A DNA stretch of 64,000 nt from the NCBI RefSeq assembly GCF_006345805.1, contig NC_043022.1, positions 4,774,001-4,838,000 on the forward strand. The letters are read 5' to 3'. The translations under genes were made by a program, and so were the position numbers. The stretch's first letter is position 1; each line of letters starts with the position of its first letter. The notes below the pieces were generated by a model that was not told the DNA's origin, did not search any database, and saw nothing but the letters and a program-made list of their open reading frames with translations. This DNA comes from Octopus sinensis. Lineage: Eukaryota. This document shows positions 11,886 to 23,055 of this stretch, piece by piece.

Positions 11886-12282
11886 CTAGCAGAATCGCCC
11901 GGCGTTGCTCGGGTTTGTAAGGGAAATAACTATATAAGCATTTTTAGAGAGTTATAGCCAAAAACTAGAAAAAAATGCATTCAAAATGGAAAAACAATGA
12001 TGGTAAATTTTTTTTTAAATCGTTGACTCATCGTAGACATTTTTAGAGAGTTACTTACCTTATATAATAGCGAAAAAAATGCATTAAAATGGAAAAAATG
12101 ATGGTAAATTTTTTTTTAAATCGTAGACTCATCGTAGACGCGCGCTAATACCCAGAAGGGCTCGATATGAATCACGACTATAAGATACCCGGTTTTGGTT
12201 AAACTGCACCGCAAAATGTGGGAGTAGTTAGGAATTTAAATCGTAGGAGACAGACACACAACTTGACTTTTATATATAAAGA
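11886..12282 (-). mobile_element. Non-autonomous Helitron, copy 1
   Basis: Minus strand reads A|TCTTTATATA... with a 3' hairpin CCCGAGCAACGCCGGG followed by CTAG|T. No TSD. Internal ~100-bp tandem duplication. Confidence 0.8.
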
Positions 12283-12289
12283 TATATAT

Positions 12290-12503
12290 AAAGTTAATCC
12301 AAACAAGAAAACACAAAAAAACACAACAACGCGAGGACGTGGAACAAATATAGTATTATTGGACGCTCAGGAAAGAAGGAAAGAAGGAGGGTTTAATGTT
12401 TTGAGCGGAGCTCTTCGTCAGAAACATAGGAGAAGGAAAGATCCAGAGAAGAGAAGACAAAGGAAAAAAAATTGCCAATGGTACACACGAGGTCACATTT
12501 TGG
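12290..12503 (-). mobile_element. Short (TA)n-embedded element with a decayed hammerhead motif (Penelope-like/retrozyme-like)
   Basis: Minus strand 12425-12391 reads GTTT-CTGACGA-aGAGCtccGCTC-AAAA-CAT-TA-AAC, with GAAA mutated. Flanked by (TA)n. Confidence 0.5.
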
Positions 12504-12519
12504 ATATATATATATATAT

Positions 12520-13640
12520 GTTGGACAAAATATATGGAAAACACCTAGCATCATAATTTTGAAATATCTATAAAACCATCAAAAGCTTGTTTATTTTTAT
12601 GTTTTTTGATTTATTATTAGTGTTTGGCTAAAATTGCTGTTTTTTTCCAGATATCACCAGAAAAAGGTAATTGAAATTCATTAAAACGACAGATTTATTG
12701 GACTTTCAAAGAGGTCAAATTGTTGGGGCTCATATGGCAGGCGCTAGCATAATGAAAACAGCCGAAATGTCTGGTGTATCAAGAAATACCATCTCAAATG
12801 TAAAGACAGCCTTTGAGAAAGAAGGAAAAAACCTCCTCATTGAAACAACTCTGGAAGAAAACCAAAACTTTCAGATAGGGACCGTCAAACTCTTACACAA
12901 ATTGTTAGAAAGGATCACAAAAGTACAGCTCTCAAAATTACTGCAGAGCTTAATAACCACTACTTTCAAAAACAAAGCATTTAGAGTGGAGTAACAACCT
13001 ACAGAATTGGTCCCTAGTGCAGTGGAAGAATGTTATTTTCTCAGATGAGTCATCCTTTACCTTATTTCCGACCACTTGCCGAGTATACGTGTAGAGACAG
13101 CTAAAAGAAGCATTTGACCCAGACTGCCTTCTTCCAACTGTTAAACATGGAGAAGGATCAACGATGATCTGGGTGTGGGGGGCTATATTTTGAAAATCTG
13201 CTTGCCCAATGGTTTCCCTTCATGGCAGAATTAATAGTCAAGACTATTTAAGCATTTTATCTGATCAAATTCATCCTATGGTTGCGGAACTGTTTCCGGA
13301 GGGAAACGCAGTCTTTCAGGATGATAATACACCAATTCGCACAGCTAAAATTGTTACTGAACGGCACGAGGAACATTCTAGTGAAGTTGAACATCTTAAT
13401 CTGGCCACCACAGTCCTCAGATCTCAAGAAATCTATATCCTCTACCATCATCACTACAAGAACTGAAGACTATTTTAGCTGAAGAATGGACAAAAATTCT
13501 TTTGGAAACAATTCAAACTTTGTATGAGTCCAAACTTTGTAGAATTCAAGCTGTAATTACTGCCAAAGGTGGTCCTACCCCATATTAAAATAAATTTGTT
13601 TGAAATTTTAAGGTGTTTCCATTATTTTGTCCAACCCCTG
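12520..13640 (+). mobile_element. Tc1-family DNA transposon with decayed transposase
   Basis: TIRs GTTGGACAAAATAtaTGGAAAACACCT / AGGTGTTTCCATTATTTTGTCCAACCCCTG|TA. Protein remnants include the HTH DFQRGQIVGAHMAG, VIFSDESSF, FQDDN.P and WPPQSSDL, broken by stops and frameshifts. Confidence 0.92.
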
Positions 13641-13686
13641 TACATATATATAGTTCAAATTTACAGAAAAACAGAAGATGAAGACA

Positions 13687-14094
13687 TACTCTATACTCTT
13701 TTATTTGTTTCAGTCATTTGACTGTGGCCATGCTGGAGCACTGCCTTTAGTCGAGCAACTCAACCCCGGGACTTATTCTTTGTAAGCTCAGTACTTATTC
13801 TATCGGTCTCTTTTGCCGAACTGCTAAGTGACGGGGACATAAACACACCAGCATCGGTTGTCAAGCAATGCTAGTGGGACAAATACAGACACACAAACAC
13901 ACACACGCATATATATATATACATACATATATACGACGGGCTTCTTTCAGTTTCCGTCTACCAAATCCACTCACAAGACTTTGGTCGGCCCGAGGCTATA
14001 GTAGAAGACACTTGTCCAAGGTGCCACGCAATTGGGACTGAACCCAGAACCATGTGGTTGGTAAGCAAGCTACTTACCACACAGCCACTCCTGC
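13687..14094 (-). mobile_element. SINE family A, inserted into a short (TA)n-embedded element spanning ~13652-14232
   Basis: Full SINE A. The host element carries a decayed hammerhead-like core on the minus strand at ~14113-14145 and is related to a fragment at ~11803-11873. Confidence 0.85.
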
Positions 14095-14550
14095 TCAGGA
14101 AAAATGGAAAAGTCTTTTAAGCTTTTAGCTTACGCTCTTCAAGAGAAAGGAATAAAAGGACAAACATGTTGAGAGAATGAAAAAAAACCGAAGACAGAAA
14201 ACCTGTGTTGAGTTCAGTGGTCCAAAATGGCGATATATATATACGTGTGTGTGTGTGTGTAGAAGGTTGAAAAGTAATACGTAAGTTGATATGTATAAGG
14301 AAAATAGGACAATATTTCTTCGCATCTGCTGCTACCTACCTACCGAGACAGAAAAATGGAAAAATGTCCCTCATAGCTGAAAACTATGGAAATATTTTTA
14401 AAAAACATTGAATTTAATTTTTCAACAATTTAATTGCTATTCATGCTTTACTCAAGTTGAAAAATTTGCAAAGACTGAAACTGGAACTAAAATATTCTTC
14501 ATGATAAAATTATTTTAGCATTTTCTATCTTGTCCTATTTTCATTATACA

Positions 14551-15063
14551 CTAGCAGTATCGCCCGGCGTTGCTTGGGTTTGTAAGGGAAATAACTATGT
14601 AAGCATTTTTAGAGAGTTACTTCCCTTATAGATGCCAATTCGGACTTTCTTAGCCATTTCTGTTTTGGTGTCTTCAAGCCATGAAGTCGTTGTTCTAAAA
14701 GAACGCTGGTCTCCTTGACAACGCTTTATGACGTTGATTTCCTTACACTCCCTTCCCCACAGCTTCCCGAGGGAGGGAAGACGGGGGAGAAGCAACACAG
14801 GTGCAGGTGTGACCATGGACGCCAACTCCGCCGCCATCGACACACGAAAAATTATGCATTAAAATGGAATAAAAAATGATGTTAAATTATTTTTAAAATC
14901 GTAGACTCATCGTAGACGCGCGCTAATACTCAGACGGGCTCGATATGAATCACGACTATAAGATACCCGAATTTGGTTAAACTGGCACTGCAATGTGGGA
15001 GTAGTTAGGAATCTAAATCGAAGGGGACAGACACTCACACAACTACAGTTTTATATATATAGA
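14551..15063 (-). mobile_element. Non-autonomous Helitron, copy 2
   Basis: Same termini as 11886-12282 (A|TCTATATA ... hairpin ... CTAG|T) with a different internal segment. Confidence 0.8.
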
Positions 15064-15070
15064 TATATAC

Positions 15071-15290
15071 ACGAAAGAATGTTGAAAAGTTCCTGGTTTT
15101 AAGGGTGTCGCGAAAGGCCAGGTTAGTGGCTCAACCTTCTGAGTTCTTTTATAGGGCTTAGAAAAACTGAAGGGCCACTGCAATAAGTTTGTGACTCTGA
15201 GAGGGGAATATGTTGAATAAAATCATAATTAACTGATCCTCATCCTGTATTTTCCTTTACTCAAAGCCAGGATCTTGTCAGCATCCGCAC
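15071..15290. mobile_element. Mariner-like MITE
   Basis: TIR-like GTTGAAAAGTTCCTGGTTTT / AAAGCCAGGATCTTGTCAGC. Same family clustered at 61645-62255. Confidence 0.65.
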
Positions 15291-15370
15291 AGATATTGTT
15301 ACTGTTAGGAAGATAACAGTAAAGGAAAAGCTACCTTCACAAGTGATGCTGACTCATAAGGACCAGTTTC

Positions 15371-15471
15371 TTGACATTTCTAGGCAGTTTTATGGATTAC
15401 ATCAATATTCGCAGTTTTTCACTATTCGCAGGTGGTCTAAGAATGTAACCCTACAGATACCGGTGGACTAC

Positions 15472-15473
<2 letters not shown>
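15371..15473 (-). mobile_element. pogo/Tigger-like transposon end, inverted partner of 17472-17575
   Basis: Reverse strand CAGTAGTCCACCGGTATCTGTAGGGTTACATTCTTAGACCACCTG... has a CAGT terminus. Confidence 0.6.
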
Positions 15474-15510
<37 letters not shown>

Positions 15511-15639
15511 ATATAATACATGTGTGAGGTGTGTATGACCTTGTATCTTCGTTTGACCCACCACCATCACCACCACCACCACCACTTAACAACCAGTGTT
15601 GGTGTGTTTACATCCTGGTATCTTAGTGGTTGGGCATAT

Positions 15640-15830
15640 GAATTCCCCACCTGGATGGGACCCAAGTCCATCGCAGGATTAACTTATTTTTTGCCAGCTG
15701 AGTGGGCTGGAGCAATGTGAAATGAAGTGTCTTGCTCAAGAGCACAATGCATTACCCTATGCAGGAATCGAAACCACAGTCTTACAATCACGAGTCCAAC
15801 ATCTCTAACCACTAAGCCACGTGCCTCCAC
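15640..15830 (-). mobile_element. SINE family D (tRNA-derived)
   Basis: Reverse strand GTGGAGGCACGTGGCTTAGTGGTTAGAG...GGTTTCGATTCC...CTTGAGCAAGACACTT. Confidence 0.7.
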
Positions 15831-16140
15831 TATTGTTAGGAAGGGCGACTAGCCGTAAAAACCTTGTCAAAGCAAGCAGCAGGCATTGGTGCAATATTCT
15901 GACTTGACAGCTCCTGAGGGACCTTCTAACCCATGCCAGCATGGATAAACAGATGTTAAATGATGATGATGATGATGATGAGTGAGGGAGAGAGAAATTG
16001 TAGGCATTGCATGAATGCCATTGAAAGAGTATTATTCCAGTTGGGGGTGGGCTAGGGAGGAGGTTCACGGTGGCAGACATTGACTAAGCCATGGTGTTGT
16101 GCCACGGTGCCAGAAGGTGAATGGTAAGAGAACGGGAAGA

Positions 16141-16144
<4 letters not shown>

Positions 16145-16182
<38 letters not shown>

Positions 16183-16737
16183 CGAAGTTTATGAGTAAAG
16201 TGGAAGGAAGGAAAGAGATGGAAGAGGTTAGGAAAGTTGAAGAAGTGGAGGAGGAGGAGGATGAGAAGGGGTAGGCAAATAATAATAAGAAAAAAAAAGA
16301 AGAAGAAGAAGATGGAGAAGTAAACAATAGTAATGATAATAATAATGATGATAATAATAATAATAATAATAACGATGATAATAATAATAATGATAATAAT
16401 AATGATAATAATAATAAGAAGAAGAAGAAGAAGGAGGGGAAGGAGGAGGAGGAGGCCAAAGAAGAAGAGGAAGAAAAAGGAGAAATCGATGGCAGAATAG
16501 AAAGAAGAAATAGTGTGAAAAATAAAACGAAAAAATTAAAAGGAATTGGAAATATGTCCAAGAAGAATGGTAAGAGAGAGGGGAAGGGGATGGGGGGGGG
16601 AGATAAAGGAATGATGGAGAAGGAGGAGGAAAAGGAAGAGGAGGGAGGAGGAGAAGGAAATGGAGGAGGGAATGACAATGAAAGTGGATGATATATAGGA
16701 GGAGGGGAAGAAGACATGATGCCAGAAGAGAGAGAGT

Positions 16738-16790
<53 letters not shown>
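16145..16790. repeat. Compound microsatellite and purine-rich low-complexity tract (GA, GGA, GAA, TAA)
   Basis: Seen directly in the sequence. Confidence 0.9.
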
Positions 16791-16791
<1 letters not shown>

Positions 16792-17471
16792 AATAACCAA
16801 TCATTTATGAAGTTTTGAAGCTTGAATAAATGAAATTGTTTTTATGGGTGAATCGTTGACAGGAAATATTTCAGGAGAAGATGTGCGGTTGGGGAGGCGG
16901 AGGAGAGAGGGGGTGGGGGTGGAGAGCGGAGGAGGAAGAGAGATTTGTTTTGAAAGCTAATTGTGATCTATGATTGACCTGCGGTCAGTCGGGTTGACAG
17001 GGTCATCGCTTGAGCAGTTAGATAACAGCTAGACAACTTAATCGTTTAACACTGAATCATTCCGGACAGTGGGAAATTCCATTGGTGCTTTCCGCTGACC
17101 ATTCTCGTTGGAACCAGGAGTTCTCTCTTCAAAGACCAAGATAAGCCAAAATTGCAGAAAAATAGGATTTTTCTGGTGTTCTTCACCTGCTTTTATTCTT
17201 TCTTCTTCTTTTATCTATTTCAGTCATTTGACTGTGGCCATCCTGGAGCACTGCCTTTAGTCAAACAAATTAACCCCAGGACTATTGGGGTTAAGTACTA
17301 TAAGCCTAGTACTTATTCTATCGCTCTCTTTTGCCGAGTTGCTAGGTTACAGGGACGTAAACTCACCAACAACAGTTATCAAGCAATGTTTGGGGGTGGA
17401 CAAACACAGACACACATATATACACACATACATATATATATATCACACATGTATATATATATATATATGCA

Positions 17472-17575
17472 CAGTAGTCCACCGGTATCTGTGGGTTTAC
17501 ATTCTTAGACCACCTGTGAAAAGTGAAAAACTGCGAATATTCGATGTGGTCCATAAAACTGCCTAGAAATGTCAA
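17472..17575 (+). mobile_element. pogo/Tigger-like transposon end
   Basis: CAGTAGTCCACCGGTATCTGTGGG..., the inverted copy of 15371-15473. Confidence 0.6.
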
Positions 17576-17634
17576 AATTTGACATCATATGTATGCATAT
17601 TTTATATATATATACATATACATAATAATAAATA

Positions 17635-18099
17635 TTAGGGAATAAATCCAAATTTACAGGGAAAAAATCAGATTTAGGATTAAATCCAATTTTATAGTAA
17701 AATATTATATAATATTAATTCGAGACAAAACCACTATTTTGCAAAACAAACAAGGAAAGACTTAATCATCATCATCAATCATCATCATCATTTCGTCCGT
17801 TTTCCATGCTAGCATGGGTTGGACGGTTCTACTGGGTCTGTGAAGCCAGAAGGCTTCATCAGGCCAGTCAATCTGGCAGTTTTCTACGGCGGGATGCCCT
17901 TCAAAAATTTTAATACAAAGTAAATAAACCGCCACTACAATCGTTTCATGTCTTCAAATGACATTCGTCAGGTGGATTTCCGATCTTCTAATCAGTTTAT
18001 GTATTGATTAAGTTTATGTATTGATTACTTTATGTATTGATTAAGTCTTTCCTTGTTTGTTTTGCAAAATAGTGGTTTTGTCTCGAATTAATATTATAT
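17635..18099 (-). mobile_element. (TA)n-embedded Penelope-like/retrozyme-like element with ~60-bp inverted duplication and a nested SINE C fragment
   Basis: 17707-17768 and 18038-18099 are reverse complements. Contains an intact hammerhead. Related fragment at ~31457-31575. Confidence 0.65.
17932..17975 (-). ncRNA. Minimal type I hammerhead ribozyme
   Basis: CCAC-CTGACGA-ATGTC atttgaa GACAT-GAAA-CGATTG-TA-GTGG. All core nucleotides present, 5-bp stem II, 4-bp stem I, GUA triplet. Confidence 0.85.
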
Positions 18100-18153
18100 T
18101 ATACATATACATATATATATATATACACACATATATAATTTAATAAAAAATAA

Positions 18154-18585
18154 AGGCGCAGGAATGGCTGTGTGGTAAGTAGCTTACTAACCAGCCACAT
18201 GGTTCCGGGTTCAGTCCCACTGTGTGGCATCTTGGGCAAGTGTCTTTTGCTATAGCCTCGGGCTGACCAAAGCCTTGTGAGTGGATTTGGTAGACGGAAA
18301 CTGAAAGAAGCCTGTCGTATATATGTATATATATATATATATATGTGTGTGTGTGAGTGCGTGTGTGTTTGTGTGTCTGTGTTTGTCCCTCTACCATTGC
18401 TTGACAACCGATGCTGGTATGTTTACGTCCCCGTCACTTAGCGGTTCAGCAAAAGAGACTGATAGAATAAGTACTGGGCTTACAAAGAATAAGTCCCGGG
18501 GTCGATTTGCTCGACTAAGGGCGGTGCTCCAGCATGGCCGCAGTCAAATGACTGAAACAAGTAAAAGAGTAAAGAGTAAAGTAAA
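18154..18585 (+). mobile_element. SINE family A
   Basis: Full-length copy. Confidence 0.9.
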
Positions 18586-18782
18586 ATGTACGGTTGCTCA
18601 CCAATAATGAGTGATATTGATTTAAGATGATGATGATGATATGATGATGATGAAAATAAGGAAGGTAATGACTGCACAGGTGACACCTCTTCTTCGGGTG
18701 TTTCAGGGGACGGTGTATCTTCGTGCAGGGCTTTCTTAGAGGAACCGTGTGATGGGAAGAAGTTACTGCTGTTGTTTCTTCA

Positions 18783-19200
18783 AGGCGGCGAGCTGGCAGA
18801 AGGGTTAAGCACATTGGGCAAAATGCTTAGCGGTATTTCGTCTGTGTTACGTTGTGAGTTCAAATTCCGCCGAGGTCGACTTTGCCTTTTATCCTTCCGG
18901 GGTCGATAAATTAAGTACCAGTTACGCACTGGGGTCGATGTAATCGACTTAATACCTATGTCTGTTCTTGTTTGTCCCCTCTGCATTTAGCCCCTTGTGG
19001 GTAGTAAAGAAATAGGTATTTCGTCTGCTGTTATGTTCTGAGTTCAAATTCCGCTCGAGGTCGACTTTGCCTTTCATCCTTTCGGGGTCGATAAATTAAG
19101 TACCAGTTACGCACTGGGGTCGATGTAATCGACTTAATACCTATGTCTGTCCTTGTTTGTTCCCTCTATGTTTAGCTCCTTGTGGGCAGCAAAGAAATAG
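18783..19200 (+). mobile_element. SINE family B (tRNA-derived), dimeric form
   Basis: GGCGGCGAGCTGGCAGAA...TTAG (A box), GAGTTCAAATTC (B box), GCCTTTCATCCTTTCGGGGTCGATAAATTAAGTACCAG central domain. The body is duplicated after AAAGAAATAG. Confidence 0.88.
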
Positions 19201-19436
19201 GTATGTTGCAATCGTGAAGTTATGCCAATAATCTTTTCACGTGAAAACCTCATCTGAATCCATTGCATCCATAAGGTGTTGGAGAGTTTGGAGAATAAAG
19301 TGCCTTGAAGGCACAGATCGTGCCTCGATCCATAGGCTGGATGAGGGAGTTGGTGTTGGCAGGGAGGAACTCAACTTGGACTCTCTTGTGATTCAAAATC
19401 CAAGGAGTAACCACCAGCATTATCCATAACAACCAG
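19201..19436 (-). pseudogene. pogo/Tigger DDE transposase fragment; C-terminal part probably continues at ~18655-18780
   Basis: VQVEFLPANTNSLIQPMDRGTICAFKALY and KDYWHNFTIAT match the pogo/Tigger FLPxNTTxxxQPMDQGII motif. Confidence 0.8.
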
Positions 19437-19548
19437 AATAGATTATGGAGCCCAATGCAGATGCTGTCAAACTGTCTAACCCATGCCAGCATGGAAAACG
19501 ATTGTTAAATGATGATGATGAGGAGGATGATGTATATACATATATATA

Positions 19549-19595
<47 letters not shown>

Positions 19596-19787
19596 GTACA
19601 CATACACATGTATATATATATGAGAGGCTTCTTTCAGTTTCTGTCTACCAAATCCACTCAAAATCTATGGTCGACCCAAGGCTATAGTAGAAGACACTTA
19701 CGTAAGGTGCCATGCAGTGGGACTGAACCTAAAACCATGCGATTGGGAAGCAAACTTTTTACCACACAACCACATCTGCACTTATAT

Positions 19788-20333
19788 AGAAGAAGGAGAA
19801 GAAGAAGAAGAAGCAGAAGGAGAAATGGAAGAAAAAGAAGAAGAGGAGGAGGAGAAGAAGAAGCAGAAGGAGAAGAAGAAAAAGAAGAAGAAGAAGAAGA
19901 AGAGGAGGAGGAGGAGGAGGAGAAGAAGAAGAAGAAGAAGCAGAAGGAGAAGAAGAAGAAGAAGAAGAAGAAGAAGAAGAAGAAGCAGAAGAAGAGAAGC
20001 AGAAGAAGAAAAGCGAAGAAGAAGAAGCAGAAGGAGAAATGGAAGAAAAAGAAGAGAGAGGAGAAGAAGAAGAAAAAGAAGCAGAAGAAATGGAAGAAAA
20101 AGAAGAAGGAGGAGGAAGAAAAAGAAGAAAAAGAAGCAGAAGAAGAAGAAGAGAAAAAGAACAGAAGAAAGAAGAAGAAGAAGAAGAAGAAGAAGAAGAA
20201 GAAGAAGAAGAAGAAGAAGAAGCAGAAGAAGAAGAAGCAGAAGGAGAAGAAGCAGAAGGAGAAATGGAAGAAAAAGAAGAGGAGGAGGAGGAGAAGAAGA
20301 AGAAAAAGAAGCAGAAGAAGAAGAAGAAGAAGC
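19788..20333. repeat. (GAA)n-based compound repeat with a higher-order unit
   Basis: ~545 bp almost purely purine, with recurring GAAGCAGAAGGAGAAATGGAAGAAAAAG. Confidence 0.95.
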
Positions 20334-20909
20334 AACTCTGCTAAGACATGGGGGGTAGGGGTGGCAACAGAGGAAGTGGGGTGAAAGTAAGAATTGGTCA
20401 GCAGGGCCTCTGTGTTTGTTGTGGTTGGGGTTGTAGAGGGAACGGCACACCAGCTGTTGGCACCAGCTGTTAGACTGTTAATATATGTTTAGTAAATATA
20501 CCCGCAGCACATCACAAACGGTAAATATAAATATATTAGAAAACCTTTAGAACTGAGCAGATACGGTGGGGGGGGGGGGGTGTTTCAGGTGTCCTTTTCA
20601 CCTTGGTTTCTTGTTTCTGAAAAAATCCATAAAAGATTTTTATGTTCCTACTTCAACCAGAGAAAGAAAATAATGAGTTTTAAAGCAAGAACTATTAACC
20701 CTTTCGTTACCATATTTTTGTTGAAATAACGAAGAATTTAGTAAACGAACTTTGTTGTTATTAATCTGGTGTTTAAAGCATAAATTAATCTGAAATTTTG
20801 ATGGAATGTTTTAATTGGGATCACTTTAACCCTTTGGTTACCATATCTGTGTTGAATGCAATAAGTTTGTTCAATCAGTTTTAAAAAGAATTGTTCTTTT
20901 TATTTTTTT

Positions 20910-21286
20910 TATTCTTTTCCTTGTTTCAGCCATTTGACTGCTACCATGCTGGAGCGCCACCTTTAGTCAAACAAATCAACCCCAAGACTTATTCTTTGTA
21001 AGCCTAGCGCTTATTCTATTGGTCTATTTTGCCAAACTGCTAAGTTACAGGGATGTAAACACACCAACATCGGTTGTCAAGTGATGGTGGAGGACAGACA
21101 AACACACACATACATATATATATATATAAACATACACGAAGGGCTTCTTTCAGTTTCTGCCTACCAAATCCACACTCAAGGCTTTGGTCGGCCCGAGGCT
21201 ATAGTAGAAGACACTTGCTCAAGGTGCCATGCAGTGGGATTGAACCCAGAACCATGCAGCTGAGAAGCAAGCTTCTTACCACACAG
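20910..21286 (-). mobile_element. SINE family A, diverged
   Basis: Matches the family A consensus. Confidence 0.8.
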
Positions 21287-21424
21287 GTTATAATTTAGAT
21301 CCCTTTATTGTGCTGCCAGCATCATTGCTCTTTATATGATGCTGGCACAAGTGCCCTTTTATGTGACACCAGCATGGGTGCCTCTCATGTCGTGCCAGCA
21401 TAGCTGATCCTTATGTGGTACTGA

Positions 21425-21650
21425 AGCTGGCAGAAACGTTAGCACGCCGGGCGAAATGCGTAGCCGTATTTCGTCTATCGTTACGTTGTGAGTTCAAATT
21501 CCGCCGAGGACGACTTTGCCTTTCATCCTTTCGGGGTCGATAAATTAAGTACCAGTTACGCACTGGGGTCGATGTAATCGACTTGATACTCATGTCTGTC
21601 CTTGTTTGTCCCCTCTGTGTTTAGCCCCTTGTGGGTAATAAAGAAATAGG
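21425..21650 (+). mobile_element. SINE family B
   Basis: Matches 18783. GGTACTGAAG occurs on both sides, consistent with a TSD. Confidence 0.88.
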
Positions 21651-22006
21651 TACTGAAGGTTTTTTTTCCCCTTTTAATCCCTACAGCCCTTGATATATCA
21701 TGTTTGGTTTATTGTCAACCCACTCAGATTCCATTGGGCAGGGGCTAGAAATTCCATGGAAAGCTTAATAACACCTGGAGCAGCAAAACTGTTGCAATTA
21801 AATCAAAACAAAAATAAAGAAACAAGGCTAATATGAGCACGTGATTGGCCAACAGAGATTTATGGCTGCAAAGCATGGACTCTGAGCAAATTCGAGGAGA
21901 ACATAATGTGGGTGAAGTGAAGAATGTTGCGAGTCTTTTACAAGGGTCACAGGACACCTGGATGGGTGTTACAACAGGTAGGTGAAACTGAAACAGGTAG
22001 GTGAAG

Positions 22007-22238
22007 GTGGCGAGCTGGCAGAAACGTTAGCACGCCGGGCAAAATGCTTAGCGGTATTTCGTCTGCGTTACGTTGTGAGTTCAAATTCCGCCGAGGTCGA
22101 CTTTGCCTTTCATCCTTTCGGGGTCGATAAATTAAGTACCAGTTACGCACTGGGGTTGATGTAATTGACTTAATACCTAAGTCTGTCCTTGTTTGTCCCC
22201 TCTGTGTTTAGCCCCTTGTGGGTAATAAAGAAATAGGT
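22007..22238 (+). mobile_element. SINE family B
   Basis: Matches family B. AGGTAGGTGAAG occurs on both sides, consistent with a TSD. Confidence 0.88.
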
Positions 22239-22678
22239 AGGTGAAGCTGAAAGACAATGACAACTCTTGAACATTGTGAGAAAACAAAAGCTGTTTGTTC
22301 CTCACCACCACTTGAAAACCAATGCAAATCACATACTCTTTGACATTTGCTTTTCTGATTACTCATATGGGCAAAAGTTTCTGAAAAGGTAAGGATAATA
22401 GAGTTAGGTATGAGTATGACATCAATATAGGCTAGGTTTCAAAACAATTGACGTAGTGCCTGCTGAGAAAAAACAACTTAACGTTCATTGTAAATTTTGC
22501 TTCCCCACCCTGTATATATATATATATATATATATATAAATCAAAAATAAGGGTGAAAAAATTGGATATAACGAGGGCATTTGAATCATAACTGCGAATA
22601 TAATAGGCTGAACTACTCGTGTGTTTGACTTCGTGTTAAAATCTGGCGTGCAGTTCAGCAAATTATATTCATGACGAA

Positions 22679-22753
22679 TCCTACTGATGAGCTGTGGATT
22701 TATTGTGTAAGTAAAATTGCATAATCTATTAACAGTGAAACAATTGTCTAGGG
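22679..22753 (+). ncRNA. Type I hammerhead ribozyme within a ~370-bp (TA)n-flanked element (22539-22907)
   Basis: TCCTA-CTGATGA-GCTGT...ACAGT-GAAA-CAATTG-TC-TAGGG. Full core, palindromic stem III, canonical GUC triplet with predicted cut after 22748. Confidence 0.85.
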
Positions 22754-23055
22754 TTAATCTACATATTTGTTATTTTTCATTTGTCCTGCTTGCTTATGTT
22801 CATAGTTGTGCTAATTTTCCTTGAGAACAATTCTTGATGGTTGAGACCATTGCGGATCTATTTTTAGCACAAGAGCATCCACAAAGTGGATTCTCTCTTA
22901 TATTTGTGTATATATATATAAATATATATACATACATACATATATATATGTGTGTGTATATATGCACACACACACACACACGTGAATTGTCTAAGAGACT
23001 ATAAGTCAGGGAAAAGATGCACTCATATATCTGTCAGTAGAGTGGTTATATTATC

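Noticed and set aside
19509-20450. Long poly-K/E/R/L/F ORFs of 200-290 aa
   Set aside because: Stop-free translations of a (GAA)n tract, open in nearly all frames.
21865-21910. GCKAWTLSKFEE, an RTE-like peptide
   Set aside because: Too short and degenerate to call as a feature.
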